NCBI GenBank assembly: GCA_028534125.1
Contig: CM052817.1
Span: 78,058,001 to 78,122,000 of the forward strand
Source of the DNA: Lama glama
Taxonomy: Eukaryota
DNA length: 64,000 nucleotides
Direction of reading: 5' to 3'
Part shown: positions 62,216-64,000 of the stretch, one piece after another
Position numbering within the stretch: position 1 is the first letter of the stretch
Layout of the letters: every line of letters starts with the position of its first letter
Position numbers and translations under genes: made by a program
The notes under the pieces: model-generated
The model's database searches: none
What the model was told of the DNA's origin: nothing
The model's input: only the letters and a program-made list of their open reading frames with translations

Positions 62216-64000
62216 GCTAATATGAAAGTGGTTTCTTTGTGGAGATGCCCAGTAAATAAATACCATTTCCATTTACTTACTGAATCAATGGGCAAACAAG
62301 TGAGTAACACGAGGCGGACTAACTTTTGTGCCGGTGGGCTTGGCACAGTGGAGCTGTTAATATATGCACACAGTATGATGTGCCAGGTAATTGTTGCCAC
62401 AGTGTTCTCTGAGTAGAGGATGAATTGAACTTCTGTAGGAATAACTTAAAACTTACGAATATGGAGCAGAGGTATTAGCAGCACAACGTGTGATAACAGA
62501 GGCTGCTCCGTTACACTGTGCAGGCAGTTGGACTGTTAGACACTGTGACTTGCATAAGGACTACTTCCTGTGCAAGGGGTCTGGCTTTTTTTTTTTTCCC
62601 CAAGCCTTCTTATTAATTGCTAAACATTTGAATACTAACAGTAGAAAGAAAAAGTGTCATGATCAGGTTGGGAATTGCTGTCTAATTAAAAGGTACAGAG
62701 CAGGGAGAAGATACTGAGCAACATCAAGGAAGTGTGTTGGCCCTATGGATGGAGGAAGGTACATGAAAATAAGATTTCTAGGAGAGTCAGCTTCATCTAA
62801 GAAAATTTGTGCAGTGAGCATTTCTCAGCTATCTGACTCATCAGAAATTCCAATAATGCCTCATGAAATCTTTCATTTTAAATTTTATTAATTGAAGAAT
62901 GAAAGTATAACAACAATAACCATTTAAATGAGAAATTATTTTTAAAAAATCTTATGCAGAATCAATTCCAATCACTTCATAGGGAGGCTTAGCAAAAGGG
63001 ATTCTTTTATTCTATATATCCACTAACCTTAGATTTCTTTCCAAAATGGGGTAGAAAGATTTCTCCACTTTATAGTGACAGAGGTTAAATCGATTTTGCT
63101 ACTTTATTTTGATTTTTTCCACCTACAATAAGAGAGTTGAAAGATATCTGGGAAGTTAACTGCTGCTCAGGTAAGATCTTACAGGATGACATCACAGTTG
63201 TGAAGTGACCATGACATATAACTATGTCTGGAGCGTTTCAAACCCAGAGACTCAGGGTGCCTTGACCACTCAGAGTTGAGTAGATTCAGAAGACTAACCA
63301 AGTCCAGATAAGACTGATAGATAAACTGAAAGGCCCATTTTAAAATTTATCACATATACATTTACAAGATAATCAGTTAACATTGAAGAGTACTGCCACA
63401 GTCCTCAGCATTGTAACTTCCATTTAGTTACCCTCTTCAGGGTCACTAGGAAATGAACATGCAGAGGCACGTATTTTCTCTGATGGTCCTTTGTAGAGCA
63501 AGGAAGCAGAGCAAAAACAGTGAGATGAGCAATTTATGGCATCCATTTACAACTGTATTGTGAGTTTTACTTTCAGGTGGTGCCTGGTTCTCTCTAGTTT
63601 TATGGATTCATTATCCGTTCCCCTTACAAGAGCTGGATTACAATGGACACACTCTGGGCCTATGGCTTTCTTTTTTTTTCTGCACACCATACACAACAGT
63701 AAACACATTCTATCTTACATGTATAACACCTTTGTTTCAAATACACACACGGTGATTCAGATCTCTAGTCCTGCTCTTCCAGTTTCAGGCCTGGATGATA
63801 CTCTGTCTTTTAAGATGCTTTCCACAGAGATCTAATTTCATTCCATGTGTGTCTAGTTTGTTAAAGTCATAGTCTTAGTCCAGAATTCCACTTCCAATAT
63901 TACAGAGTAAAGGTAAAGATGTACTAGATAATATCAGAGCAAAATATTAGCCTTTGTTACCAATCAATACCATTCTTGGAAAAAAAAATGAAGTCTAAAA

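Noticed and set aside
63077-63176. Strong donor CAG|gtaaga at 63170/71
   Set aside because: Best upstream acceptor gives stops in all three frames; isolated donor matches are expected by chance
1-64000. CRISPR arrays, tRNA, rRNA, snRNA/snoRNA, proviral gag/pol/env, NUMT
   Set aside because: No regularly spaced repeats, structured-RNA hallmarks or viral/mitochondrial coding similarity recognised; tRNA-like boxes occur only in MIR heads

Overview
AT-rich mammalian (placental) genomic DNA with three N gaps (3481-3612, 10706-11205, 57620-57756). I cannot support any known protein-coding exon, rRNA, tRNA, snRNA or CpG island, and the ORF track is almost entirely chance or transposon-derived frames. 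The window reads as a deep intron or gene desert containing many ancient repeats: MIR, L2, L1M fragments, MaLR/ERVL solo LTRs, and hAT MITEs (MER5, MER53). One younger L1 3' end of cetartiodactyl type is present, while I recognise no lineage SINEs (Alu, B1/B2, CAN, PRE-1, Bov-tA, CHR); this tentatively suggests a camelid-like genome. Repeat family names come from recalled consensus similarity and need RepeatMasker/Dfam confirmation, and boundaries are approximate unless stated. Best leads: (1) a 183-aa ORF with strong Kozak context and a downstream AATAAA, stitched from MIR plus an antisense ERVL LTR; (2) a perfect 20-bp inverted repeat with a templated spacer; (3) orphan exon-like and recursive-splice-like motifs, plus an antisense LTR bias hinting at a + strand host transcript; (4) several TE-poor, motif-dense candidate enhancers. 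I find no convincing evidence for a new biological system; all leads are hypotheses.
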